A DNA stretch of 64,000 nt. Origin: an uncultured Oscillospiraceae bacterium. GTDB lineage: Bacteria; Bacillota; Clostridia; Oscillospirales; Oscillospiraceae. Both the position numbers and the translations under genes were made by a program. The stretch is from positions 2,120-66,119 of the forward strand of contig CAAEKQ010000008.1 of the NCBI GenBank assembly GCA_900756575.1, read 5' to 3'. Numbering within the stretch: the stretch's first letter is position 1; each line of letters starts with the position of its first letter. Positions 17,924 through 27,352 of the stretch are shown here, one piece after another. The notes beneath the pieces are model-generated. The model searched no databases. It was not told where the DNA came from and saw only the letters and a list, made by a program, of their open reading frames with translations.

Positions 17924-19314
17924 TCTTGCACCTCCGTTTGCTGAAATGTCCTGCTCTGCTTGTCAATGCACCTGCGCAGCCATCCACCGTGGAAATAATA
18001 GATTAAATACATCACCGAGGTCATTGTCCAGGTGATGGGATAGCTCCACTCCACCATGACCACCGTCCGATGCAGGGGCACCGCCACCAGGATCCATAAT
18101 ACTCGCAGAATGCACACGCCAAAGCAGGTCATCAGCGTTGGTGCGACCACATCTCCGGCCCCGCGCACCGCGCCGGAGAAAATCTCCACACAGATGTAGG
18201 TAAGATACGTGGGCACCAGGAAATGCATCATCTCCAGGGTGATATTCATGACCTCCTGATCTTCTGTAAACAATCCCAGCAGCGGGCGGGCAAGCAGCAG
18301 CATAATACTGCTGATAATCACCGTCAGCACCGCCAGAATGCCCAGCCCGATCAGAGTGCCTTTTTTCATTCGGTCATACTTTTTTGCGCCGAAGTTCTGC
18401 CCTGCAAAGGTGGTTACCGACAGGCCCATGGCATTGACGGTCATCCAATAGACGAAGTCCACCTTGCCGTAAACCGTCCAGCTGGCCACCGTGGCGGTGC
18501 CGAAGCTGTTGATGCTGGCCTGAATCACCATATTGCTGACAGTATACAGGATGGATTGCAGCCCCGCCGGAAGGCCCAGCCGCAGCATTTCTCTCAGCTG
18601 CATGGGGCTTACCCGCAGGTTTTTGAGCTGGAGCTGCCAGGGCTCACCGTCCGCCTTCACCAGGCACATTAGGGTCAGTACGCAGGCGAGCACCTCAGAG
18701 AGCACTGTTGCCAGAGCCGCGCCGGTCACGCCCATGGGAATCACCGCCACAAACAGCAAATCCAATAGGATATTGGCGATAGCCGACGCAATCAGGAAAT
18801 ACAGGGGCCGTCGGGAATCCCCCAGGGCCCGGAGAATCGAAGTGCCCATATCATAGAGCATCAGCGGGATCATACCCATATAGTACACCCGAATATATGC
18901 CATAGCGTCGTCCATAATGTCCTGGGGTGTCTGCATAATCCTGAGAATCGTCCGTGCGGTGCCGATGCCAAGAATCATAAAGAACAGCCCCGATACCAGC
19001 GCCAAAATCACCGCCGTATGGACGCTGGCGGACAGCCGCTCCCGATCCCTGGCCCCGTAATACTGGGCGATGACCACCGACGCACCGCTGGCCAGTCCCA
19101 CAAAAAAGCCCACCAGCAGCGATACAATGCTGGAGGTGGCGCCCACCGCAGCCAGCGCCGAGGTGCCCAGGAACCGGCCCACAATCATTGCATCGGCTGT
19201 ATTATAAAATTGCTGAAAAAAAGTTCCCATCCAAATGGGAAAGAAAAAGCTCAGCAGCGGCTTCCAGATGGAACCCTCCGTGATGCCATTATGGTCAAGA
19301 GCGCCCACGCGCAT
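17920..19314 (-). CDS. MATE family efflux transporter
   Basis: 12-TM MATE architecture, N-terminal motif ...FFPIWMGTFFQQFYNTADAMIVGRFLG; 4-nt overlap with the downstream HAD gene. Confidence 0.85.
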   Translation of the reverse strand: MRVGALDHNGITEGSIWKPLLSFFFPIWMGTFFQQFYNTADAMIVGRFLGTSALAAVGATSSIVSLLVGFFVGLASGASVVIAQYYGARDRERLSASVHTAVILALVSGLFFMILGIGTARTILRIMQTPQDIMDDAMAYIRVYYMGMIPLMLYDMGTSILRALGDSRRPLYFLIASAIANILLDLLFVAVIPMGVTGAALATVLSEVLACVLTLMCLVKADGEPWQLQLKNLRVSPMQLREMLRLGLPAGLQSILYTVSNMVIQASINSFGTATVASWTVYGKVDFVYWMTVNAMGLSVTTFAGQNFGAKKYDRMKKGTLIGLGILAVLTVIISSIMLLLARPLLGLFTEDQEVMNITLEMMHFLVPTYLTYICVEIFSGAVRGAGDVVAPTLMTCFGVCILRVLWILVAVPLHRTVVMVEWSYPITWTMTSVMYLIYYFHGGWLRRCIDKQSRTFQQTEVQE

Positions 19315-19442
19315 AGCCTTACCTCCAAACAGATTTCGTGCATTTCAAACACATTTATTATATCGGGAGTTTCGGCAAAAAGCAACCATGTGAATTCTGG
19401 ATTCTTTTCCCTCATTGCTGCATAAATTTGTGCGAGGTGATG

Positions 19443-19913
19443 GTAATGGAACACAAAATCGACGAAGCGGCAGTCTGGCAGCGGGTTGCCGGAAGCGCAT
19501 CCCGTTCCGCCAATGAATCCCCCCGGCCTGTGACCATTGCGCCGGTGCTCCGGGAAATCTGGGAGGAGATGGAGTGCTGCCACCGGCTGTTTTCCCAGCT
19601 TGCCCGCAGCGGCAGCCGGGGCTATGCTCCCATTCAGCAGGCTCAGCGGCAGCAGACCGGGCAATTGGGAGCGCTGATCTGTCTGCTCACGGGAAATCCG
19701 CCTACTGCATCCAATGGAACTCCGCCCACCGGCTCCCGAATGCAGCAGCTGATTTGGAGTCTCAACACCATGGAACGCTGCGCCACTCGCTTAGAAGAAG
19801 TCTCCGCCCAGGCCGCCGGAATGTCCCGGGATACCTTAAGAGAGCTGGCTGTTCAGCAGCGGCAATTATGGAGTCGGTGCCTGATCCTGCTGGGCAGTCT
19901 GGTGATGGCTTAG
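19443..19913 (+). CDS. Hypothetical helical Gln/Arg-rich protein
   Basis: Start chosen at MVMEHK with RBS GAGGTGA; divergent from the MATE gene; no recognisable domain; could be spurious. Confidence 0.4.
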   Translation, partial: VMEHKIDEAAVWQRVAGSASRSANESPRPVTIAPVLREIWEEMECCHRLFSQLARSGSRGYAPIQQAQRQQTGQLGALICLLTGNPPTASNGTPPTGSRMQQLIWSLNTMERCATRLEEVSAQAAGMSRDTLRELAVQQRQLWSRCLILLGSLVMA

Positions 19914-20037
19914 CGCAAAATGCACCTTTCCATTCTCTTTGTGCCCTTTCAGCGAAAACCTTTTGCTTTCTAAGAGTTTTAGTGATACATTGGAAGCAGG
20001 AAAAACCCCTATTTTCACGGAAAGCGAGGAATGAATT

Positions 20038-21330
20038 ATGGATCCCTTTGTGAAAAAGCCCGACCCCATTGCACCGGAGCCGGAAGTCGAAGCCAGAATG
20101 GCCGACCTCTCCGCCTACACCGTCATTGGGGAGGAGACCACCGACCGCCGCACCGATAAGTTAACCTTTACCTCCACCGGCGAGGCCGGTTCCTCTGCCA
20201 TTTATCTTCGGGATGGCGGCACCCTGTATCTCAAAAATCCGGAGATCCACGGCTACGGCGAAATGAACGAGGCCGATCTCCGCAATGAGCTGGGCAGCAA
20301 GTATGGCTTCTGCGCCGCAGTACTGTCCAACCAAAAAACCAGCCATGTTACTCTGGTAAACCCGAAAATCGTCTGCCATGAGCAGTCCACTGCCAACGGC
20401 GCCTATGCGATTTTCGGCGGCGCTGTGGTGATTGAGGGCGGCACCATCGACACCTGCAACCGCCAGGGCCACGGCGTGGATGCCTCCTATGGCGGCCATA
20501 TCTACTGCAACGGCACCGTCATCCACACCGGCGGCAGAAATTCCGGCGCACTGGCAACGGATTTCCAGGGTGGCTACATCACCGTTCGGGATATCGACGC
20601 CACCACCGAGATTCCCGGCTCCCCCGGCATTTATACCGCAGGCAAGTCCATTATCACCGCTTATAACTCCAAGTTCCTGTCCAAGGGCTGCGAGGCGGTG
20701 ATGGTTGCCCACTCTCTGGGCCACACCTATCTTTACGACTGCGAGCTCACCGGCACCGTAGCGCTGAACACCCACAACTCCATGAGCCCCGAATATTCCT
20801 ACATTCATATGTTCGGCGGCAAGCTGAACTCCACCGCCGCATCCATTCTCTGCGCAGAGGACGGCAAGGCGATCATGAATCTGGATCACGTTACCATTGG
20901 CGATATCGCCGACGGAAATCTGGCCTATGCCCACAGCGGCGGACGCTTGGTGGCAAATCTGGCGGAGATGACCGTAACCGGCAACCTGGATCGGGAGGAG
21001 AAGTCCTATCTGGAGCTTAGTCTCAAGGGCACCACCCTCACCGGCAGCGCCAATGCTACTGTGCTGCGCTTGGACGCCACTTCTGTCTGGAACATCACCG
21101 GAGACAGTCGCATTGCAGTACTGTCCATTGCCCCCGGCGCTGTGATTGCCGCTGACCATCCCGTGACCGTAACCTACGGAACGATGGAGGGCGCACTCCC
21201 CTCCGCCGAAAACGTTACTTTTGTGGTGGACGATCAGGTAAAGGACGACTTTGAGGCAAAAATGATGATGCCGCCTCCGGGTGGCCCCGGCGGTCCCGGT
21301 ATGCCGCCTCCGCCTCCTCCCATGGATTAA
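20038..21330 (+). CDS. Hypothetical protein with predicted right-handed beta-helix repeats and C-terminal Pro/Gly-rich tail (no signal peptide)
   Basis: Repetitive G/N/T-rich about 22-aa rungs (…GGHIYCNGTVIHTGG…), tail MMMPPPGGPGGPGMPPPPPPMD; RBS GAGGAA; followed by terminator 21340-21383. Confidence 0.7.
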   Translation: MDPFVKKPDPIAPEPEVEARMADLSAYTVIGEETTDRRTDKLTFTSTGEAGSSAIYLRDGGTLYLKNPEIHGYGEMNEADLRNELGSKYGFCAAVLSNQKTSHVTLVNPKIVCHEQSTANGAYAIFGGAVVIEGGTIDTCNRQGHGVDASYGGHIYCNGTVIHTGGRNSGALATDFQGGYITVRDIDATTEIPGSPGIYTAGKSIITAYNSKFLSKGCEAVMVAHSLGHTYLYDCELTGTVALNTHNSMSPEYSYIHMFGGKLNSTAASILCAEDGKAIMNLDHVTIGDIADGNLAYAHSGGRLVANLAEMTVTGNLDREEKSYLELSLKGTTLTGSANATVLRLDATSVWNITGDSRIAVLSIAPGAVIAADHPVTVTYGTMEGALPSAENVTFVVDDQVKDDFEAKMMMPPPGGPGGPGMPPPPPPMD

Positions 21331-21339
21331 GAAAGCACC

Positions 21340-21383
21340 AGGCAGCCTCGTTTCTTTGGAAGCGGGGCTGCCTTTCATTATTT
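21340..21383 (+). terminator. Rho-independent terminator (AGGCAGCCTCG...CGGGGCTGCCT)
   Basis: 11-bp stem followed by TTCATTATTT. Confidence 0.6.
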
Positions 21384-21465
21384 ACACAGTTTTTACAAGC
21401 AGGTCAAGTTGTTCTTTACATTTTTCCACTATGATAAAGGAAAGATATAAAAAGGAAAGCGAGGG

Positions 21466-22263
21466 ATGCAATTCATGGAAAAATTGCTTGAGAAAAAAGG
21501 GTTTATCTGCGACATGGACGGTGTGATCTACCACGGCAACCGTCTTCTGCCCGGCGTAAAGGAATTTCTGGACTGGCTGAAACGGAACGACAAGCGCTTC
21601 CTGTTTCTCACCAACTCCGGTCAATATACTCCCAAGGAGCTCCAGCAAAAGCTGTGGCGCATGGAGCTGGATGTGGATGAGTCCCACTTTTACACCAGCG
21701 CATTGGCAACGGCACATTTCCTCAGCAGTCAGGCCCCGGGATGCAGCGCCTATGTGATGGGTGAGCATGGCATTCTCAACGCCCTGTATGACGCGGGTAT
21801 TACCTATAACGACGTCAACCCCGACTATGTGGTGGTAGGGGAGGCCAGCGGCTACAATCTGGAGATGATCACAAAGGCCATTCGTCTGGTAAACGCCGGT
21901 GCCAAGCTCATCGGCACCAACTATGACCTCACCGGCCCCACGGAAACGGGAATTGCTCCGGCCTGCCGCGCCATGCTGGCTCCCATTGAGCTCGCCACCG
22001 GAAAGAACGCCTATTACGTGGGCAAACCCAATCCGCTGATGATGCGCACCGGTCTGAAGCTCCTGGGTGTTCACTCCGAGGATGCGGCGATTATCGGCGA
22101 CCGCATGGACACGGACATTGTGGCGGGCATCGAATCCGGACTGGATACGGTCTTGGTGCTCTCCGGCGTCACCACCCGGGAAAATATGCTGGACTTTCCC
22201 TATCGGCCCCGGCTGATTCTCGACGGCGTGGGCGATATTCCCACAGCGGCACAGTTAATGTAA
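21466..22263 (+). CDS. HAD-IIA family hydrolase (NagD/TIGR01457-like sugar-phosphatase)
   Basis: DMDGVIYHG motif I, 265 aa; RBS AAAGGAAAGCGAGGG. Confidence 0.85.
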   Translation: MQFMEKLLEKKGFICDMDGVIYHGNRLLPGVKEFLDWLKRNDKRFLFLTNSGQYTPKELQQKLWRMELDVDESHFYTSALATAHFLSSQAPGCSAYVMGEHGILNALYDAGITYNDVNPDYVVVGEASGYNLEMITKAIRLVNAGAKLIGTNYDLTGPTETGIAPACRAMLAPIELATGKNAYYVGKPNPLMMRTGLKLLGVHSEDAAIIGDRMDTDIVAGIESGLDTVLVLSGVTTRENMLDFPYRPRLILDGVGDIPTAAQLM

Positions 22264-22445
22264 CATGGATTCGAACGAACCTCTCACATTCCCTTGGTGA
22301 GAGGTCTTTTTGTGCGCTTACCCACAATTTTTTCACAAAATCTTCACATTTCTCTTGCGTGCTGGTGGAATTTGGGGTATAATGGAGAGTAAATGCATGA
22401 TTTGCTGCACGGCAGCGTACCTTTTCTCGGTTAGGAGTAGTCAAC

Positions 22446-23747
22446 ATGAACGATAAGCAGCAAGCACTCTATGAGTCCAAATTTATCGGTATTGATCAGG
22501 CCCTGGATCTGATTCAGTCCGGCGACACCATCACCCTTGGCTTCTACGGCTGTGAGCCCAGAAATATGCTGCGGAAGCTGCACACCATTGCCGATCGGGT
22601 TCACGACGTTACCGTATGGTGTACCAACCCCGCAGAGGAGTATCCCTTCCTGATGGACGATTCTCTGGCAGGAAAGATCGACATTCTGACGGTGTTCTAT
22701 GGCCCCATTCTTCGGAAGGTGCATCCCAGCCGCCGGGTCCACTACGCCCCCCACAACATCCACATGGCCGCAGATTGCCTGATAGAAGCAAAGAAGCCCA
22801 ACGTGTTTCTGGCTTCCGTCACTCCGCCGGATGAATACGGCTATGTGTATATGTCCATGAGCCAGCAGACCGAATATGAGATGTTTGACTGCTGTGACCT
22901 CCATATTTTCGAAATCAACGAGAATCTGCCCCACACCTACGGCTCCACCCGGATTCCCATTGAGAAGGTGGAATACTTCATCAAGGCCGACAGCCCCGTG
23001 GCAGCACCTCCCATCCCGCCCATCTCTCAGGAACTGAGAACCATCGCCGGGAACATCGCCGATCTGATTCAGGACGGCGACACCATTCAGCTGGGCTTTG
23101 GCGGTCTGCCCCATGCGGTGGCCGAGAACCTCATGAGCAAGAAGGATCTGGGCGTTCATACGGAGATGTTCTCCACCTCGCTCTATCATCTGATGGATGC
23201 CGGTGTGGTCACCAACGACAGAAAGTCCATCAATCGCGGCAAATCCATCTGCGCGTTCTGCTGGGGCGACGATGAGTTCAACCGCTATATCGACTTTAAC
23301 CCGGGCATTCAGGTGCTGCCCCTGACCTATGTCAATAATCCCAATACCATTATGGCCAACGACAACATGGTCTCCATCAACTCCGCCCTGGAAATTGACC
23401 TCACCGGTCAGATTTGCTCGGAATCTCTGGGCTGCACCCAGTTCTCCGGCACCGGCGGCGCAACGGACTATGCTTACGGCGCGTTCCATTCCAAGGGCGG
23501 CAAGGGCATCGTGGCCCTGACCTCCACCGCCAAGCACGGCACCGTTTCCCGCATCGTGCCCACGCTGACTCCCGGCGCTGTGGTTTCCATCCAGCGAAAC
23601 ATTGCCGACTATATCGTAACGGAATACGGTGCGGTTCGGCTTCGCCATCTGCCTCTGGATCAGCGAGTCAAGGCCATGATCTCCATTGCCCATCCCGATT
23701 TCCGGGAGGAGCTCCAGAAGGAAGCCGACCGGCTGATGATCTGGTAA
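22446..23747 (+). CDS. Acetyl-CoA hydrolase/transferase family CoA-transferase, paralog 2
   Basis: 433 aa, same family motifs (IQLGFGGLPHA, EIDLTGQICSESLG, GTGGATDYAYGA, TPGAVVSIQRN..YIVTEYG). Confidence 0.9.
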   Translation: MNDKQQALYESKFIGIDQALDLIQSGDTITLGFYGCEPRNMLRKLHTIADRVHDVTVWCTNPAEEYPFLMDDSLAGKIDILTVFYGPILRKVHPSRRVHYAPHNIHMAADCLIEAKKPNVFLASVTPPDEYGYVYMSMSQQTEYEMFDCCDLHIFEINENLPHTYGSTRIPIEKVEYFIKADSPVAAPPIPPISQELRTIAGNIADLIQDGDTIQLGFGGLPHAVAENLMSKKDLGVHTEMFSTSLYHLMDAGVVTNDRKSINRGKSICAFCWGDDEFNRYIDFNPGIQVLPLTYVNNPNTIMANDNMVSINSALEIDLTGQICSESLGCTQFSGTGGATDYAYGAFHSKGGKGIVALTSTAKHGTVSRIVPTLTPGAVVSIQRNIADYIVTEYGAVRLRHLPLDQRVKAMISIAHPDFREELQKEADRLMIW

Positions 23748-23805
23748 TTCCATTCGTATCGCAATCCCGACTCTATGCGTTTTGCACAGAGCCGGGATTT
23801 TTTCG

Positions 23806-24474
23806 TTATTCCAATGCCCAATCCATGGGCTTCTGACCGTTTTCCGCAAAGAATTCGTTGATCTTAGAAAACGGATGACTGCCGAAAAAGCCACGATAGG
23901 CCGACAGGGGGCTGGGATGGGCCGAAGTCAGCACCAATCTTGGGGCGTTCGCCTGAATCAGCGGCGCTTTTTTGATGGCAAAATTGCCCCAGAGCACAAA
24001 GGCAATGGGCTGGGGCAGGGAATTGGTGGCCTGGATCACCTGATCCGTGAACCGCTCCCAATGGAATTTTCGGTGAGAACCGGCCTTGTGCGCCTCCACC
24101 GTCAAAACAGCATTCAGCAGCAGCACGCCATTCTTCGCCCAGGGCAGCAGGCAGCCGGTCTTGGGAATCGGCAGGCCCAAATCCGACTCCATCTCCTTAT
24201 AAATATTCCCCAGAGATTTGGGAATCGCCACCCCCGGCTCCACGGAAAAGCTCAGTCCGTGGGCCTGTCCCGGCTCGTGATAGGGATCCTGCCCCAAAAT
24301 CACCACCCGAACCCGCTCCGGCGGCGTGGTATTCAGCGCCGCAAAGAGCTTTTCCCGGGGCGGATAGACCTCCGTCGTTTCATAGGCGCGCTCCACCTGC
24401 ACCGACAGTGCGTCCCATTTTTCCCGGGGAAAATCAATCCGATCTCCCCACGGGCCAAGTTCCTTCCAATCCAT
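23806..24474 (-). CDS. ung: Uracil-DNA glycosylase (family 1)
   Basis: GQDPYH catalytic motif, HPSPLS leucine-loop; start at MDWKEL with RBS AAAGGAGG (ORF-track start 24531 is too long). Confidence 0.9.
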   Translation of the reverse strand: MDWKELGPWGDRIDFPREKWDALSVQVERAYETTEVYPPREKLFAALNTTPPERVRVVILGQDPYHEPGQAHGLSFSVEPGVAIPKSLGNIYKEMESDLGLPIPKTGCLLPWAKNGVLLLNAVLTVEAHKAGSHRKFHWERFTDQVIQATNSLPQPIAFVLWGNFAIKKAPLIQANAPRLVLTSAHPSPLSAYRGFFGSHPFSKINEFFAENGQKPMDWALE

Positions 24475-24487
24475 TGTTTTCCTCCTT

Positions 24488-25762
24488 TTACGGATGGCGC
24501 AGACTGGGCGCCTTCTCCATCCAGCTGTCATAGGAATCCCGCATGACGGTCACGCCGTAATACTCCAGAATGCGAAACGAGAACATCAAGTGAAACACCG
24601 TCTCCGCGTCCCCCAAGTCCACGCTGATGAGATCGTTGATTCGATCAATGCGCTTGGACAGGGTATTCCGGTGGATATACAACGCTGTCGCCGCCTCGCT
24701 GATGTTCTGATTGCAGGAAAGATAGGCGTGCAGGGTGCCCATCAGCTCGGTTCCGTTCTTCCGGTCATAGGACTCCAGCTTCAACACTGCGGAATGGCAC
24801 AGCTGGAGCAGATTCACCTGGGGCGCACACAATTCCAGACAGTGATAAATAGAATAGGCATCGTAGAGGAACAGCGGGCCGGTACTCTCCAGCAGCAGCC
24901 CCATTTGCAGAGCCTTCATGGCCTGCTGATGCCGCCCGGAAAGGTTCCGCAGATGATAGGCTGTCTGGCTGACCCCCGCCACCATCTGATTGTTCCGCAG
25001 AAATTCCGCCACATCACCCAGCACCAGCGCGTCCTGGGTGGTCTGGTCGTATACATGGATCACCAGCTTGATCTGACTGCCATAGAGAAACGCCGTGGCC
25101 TCCGGGAACTGCCGCTGCAACGCCAGTCGCTTTTTCTCCAGCTCCAGATAATCCCCGCCGTCCTCCGCTTCATTCCGTCCGCCGGGGCGAATGGTCAACA
25201 CGCGATAGGGCATTTTCAGGTTCCACTTAAAGAACCGACACCGATCCCGGATCATCTGCTCCTCCCGAATGGTACCGTTGAGCAGGTCGGAGATGAAAAA
25301 TTCCAGCATATCCTCCGGGTATTCGGCATAGTGGAGGTCCTTCTGCATTTTTAGGCTGCAAAGGTCGCTTAAAATCGCCACCAAATCCAGCTCCTCCTGA
25401 GAAGGCGGGCCGCCATAGCCGGGGGAGAGCAGATAGCCGATGAGCTTATCCTCCTGGGCCACGGCGCAGCGGACAATGGGAAGACCGGTAGAATCCGTAG
25501 ACAGTACCGGACTGCCGGAACGCAGGGCGGACTGATACAGCCCCAGGTTGACGATATTCAGGGGCAAACTCTGCTCCTGATTGATCTGAATCCACCGGGG
25601 ATCGTCGATGGTGTTGTCCGGGGTAATGGCCAGCACATGGTAGGTGAGATCCGCCAGAATCAGCGGGCTTTTCAGGGATCGCCGTGCCGTATCCAGCAGC
25701 TCCTGCAAGCTGCGGCACCGAACCAGGGCATGAATGCTGCTATGGATGGGTTCTCTTGGCAT
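24488..25762 (-). CDS. PucR/CdaR-family transcriptional regulator
   Basis: C-terminal PucR-type HTH (ATALYIHRNTLSKRIDRINDL); start at MPREP with RBS AAAGGAG; divergent from CoA-transferase paralog 3. Confidence 0.75.
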   Translation of the reverse strand: MPREPIHSSIHALVRCRSLQELLDTARRSLKSPLILADLTYHVLAITPDNTIDDPRWIQINQEQSLPLNIVNLGLYQSALRSGSPVLSTDSTGLPIVRCAVAQEDKLIGYLLSPGYGGPPSQEELDLVAILSDLCSLKMQKDLHYAEYPEDMLEFFISDLLNGTIREEQMIRDRCRFFKWNLKMPYRVLTIRPGGRNEAEDGGDYLELEKKRLALQRQFPEATAFLYGSQIKLVIHVYDQTTQDALVLGDVAEFLRNNQMVAGVSQTAYHLRNLSGRHQQAMKALQMGLLLESTGPLFLYDAYSIYHCLELCAPQVNLLQLCHSAVLKLESYDRKNGTELMGTLHAYLSCNQNISEAATALYIHRNTLSKRIDRINDLISVDLGDAETVFHLMFSFRILEYYGVTVMRDSYDSWMEKAPSLRHP

Positions 25763-25964
25763 GGTCAGATGGCTCCTTTCGTTTCCAGTGTGCATAGTAT
25801 AACAAATCCAGTTCTTCTTGTCAGCAGGATTGCTGAAAAAAGTGCAGATTTGTACACAAAGCAGGAAAAAGAGTGTGCAAACTTCACTTTACCGACGGTG
25901 TGCAAAAACGCTACAATAAAGTCAACAAAGAACGAGACAAATAAATGGAAATGAGGCATATTTC

Positions 25965-27272
25965 ATGGCATACACCTATGAAGATTACAAGAAGATGTAC
26001 GCTGAGAAGAAGCGTACCCTTCAGGAGTGCCTGGACATGATTCAGTCCGGCGACCACATTTGCTTCGGCAAGGACTGCAATGAACCCCTGCTGTTCTGCC
26101 AGCAGCTGCACACCGTTGCCCATCGGGTAGAGGACGTTACCGTGCTCAAGGGCCGTTCCTCCGACTTCGGCTTTCTCCAGAATGCGGACGTGGCCGGTCA
26201 CATTATGACCCAGTCCGCGTTCTTCTCCAAGGGCTGGCAGCGTCCCCTGGAAAAAGGCACCTGCACCTTTGTTCCCAACGATCTCCACGACCAGCCCATC
26301 TGGTACAACGGCGCCAACCCCCGGAACACCTACATTGCCGCCGTCACCCCCATGGACGAGAACGGCAACTTCCAGGTGAACCTCTCCCAGATGTGGGAGC
26401 GCGACATTGACCCCCTGTCCTGTAAAAAGATCATTCTGGAGGTCAACAAAAATCTGAAGACCATCAACGGCGGCGTAGACATCAACATCAAGGACGTAGA
26501 TGCCTTCTATGAGGCCGAGTATCCCATCTATGAGATTCAGGATGCGCCTTCCTCCGAGATTGACAACGTCATCGGTCAGTATGTGGCCGAGCTGGTTCAC
26601 GACGGCGATACCATTCAGCTGGGCATCGGCTCTTTGCCCAATGCCTGCGCCCGGAACCTGATGGACAAGAAGGATCTGGGCATTCACAGCGAAATGTTCA
26701 CCAACCTCATGGGCACCATGGTGGAGAAGGGCGTTATCACCGGCGCACGGAAGAATCTGAACCCCGGTAAGCATATCTTCTGCTTTGCCGGCGGCACCAA
26801 CCACCTGTTCGATATGCTCCACGAGGATCCCAACTGCATCATCCGTCCTGCTTCTTATGTCACCGATCCCATGGTAATCCGTCAGAACGACAACATGGTT
26901 TCCATCAACGCCATTATGGAAATTGACCTCACCGGCCAGGTTTGCTCCGAGTCCATCGGCACCCGCCAGTATTCCGGCCCGGGCGGTGCATTTGACTTTG
27001 CTTACGGTGCAGCCCACAGTAAGGGTGGCCGCAGCATTCTGATTATGCACTCCACCACCAACAAGGGTGAGTCCAAGATCAAGCCCATTCTGACTCCCGG
27101 CGCCGTGGTCACCATTCCCCGTCCCTATGTGGATATCGTGGTCACTGAGTACGGCATTGCCCATATGCGTGGTCAGACCGTGCAAAGCCGCGTAAAGAAC
27201 CTCATTGCCATCGCCCATCCTGACGTCCGCGAGGAGCTGACCCGCGAGGCACAGAAGCTGTTCTACATCTAA
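25965..27272 (+). CDS. Acetyl-CoA hydrolase/transferase family CoA-transferase, paralog 3
   Basis: 435 aa; N-terminus MAYTYEDYKKMYAEKK nearly identical to paralog 1 N-terminus; same motifs. Confidence 0.9.
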   Translation: MAYTYEDYKKMYAEKKRTLQECLDMIQSGDHICFGKDCNEPLLFCQQLHTVAHRVEDVTVLKGRSSDFGFLQNADVAGHIMTQSAFFSKGWQRPLEKGTCTFVPNDLHDQPIWYNGANPRNTYIAAVTPMDENGNFQVNLSQMWERDIDPLSCKKIILEVNKNLKTINGGVDINIKDVDAFYEAEYPIYEIQDAPSSEIDNVIGQYVAELVHDGDTIQLGIGSLPNACARNLMDKKDLGIHSEMFTNLMGTMVEKGVITGARKNLNPGKHIFCFAGGTNHLFDMLHEDPNCIIRPASYVTDPMVIRQNDNMVSINAIMEIDLTGQVCSESIGTRQYSGPGGAFDFAYGAAHSKGGRSILIMHSTTNKGESKIKPILTPGAVVTIPRPYVDIVVTEYGIAHMRGQTVQSRVKNLIAIAHPDVREELTREAQKLFYI

Positions 27273-27306
27273 TTTCACTACCTCCAGTCGTAAGACTGAT
27301 AGCCAA

Positions 27307-27352
27307 GAACCCCCATGCAGAGATGGTCACTGCATAGGGGTTCTATTTTTAT
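27307..27352. terminator. Bidirectional terminator (AGAACCCCCATGCAG...CTGCATAGGGGGTTCT)
   Basis: 15-bp stem between converging CoA-transferase 3 (+) and dus (-). Confidence 0.8.
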
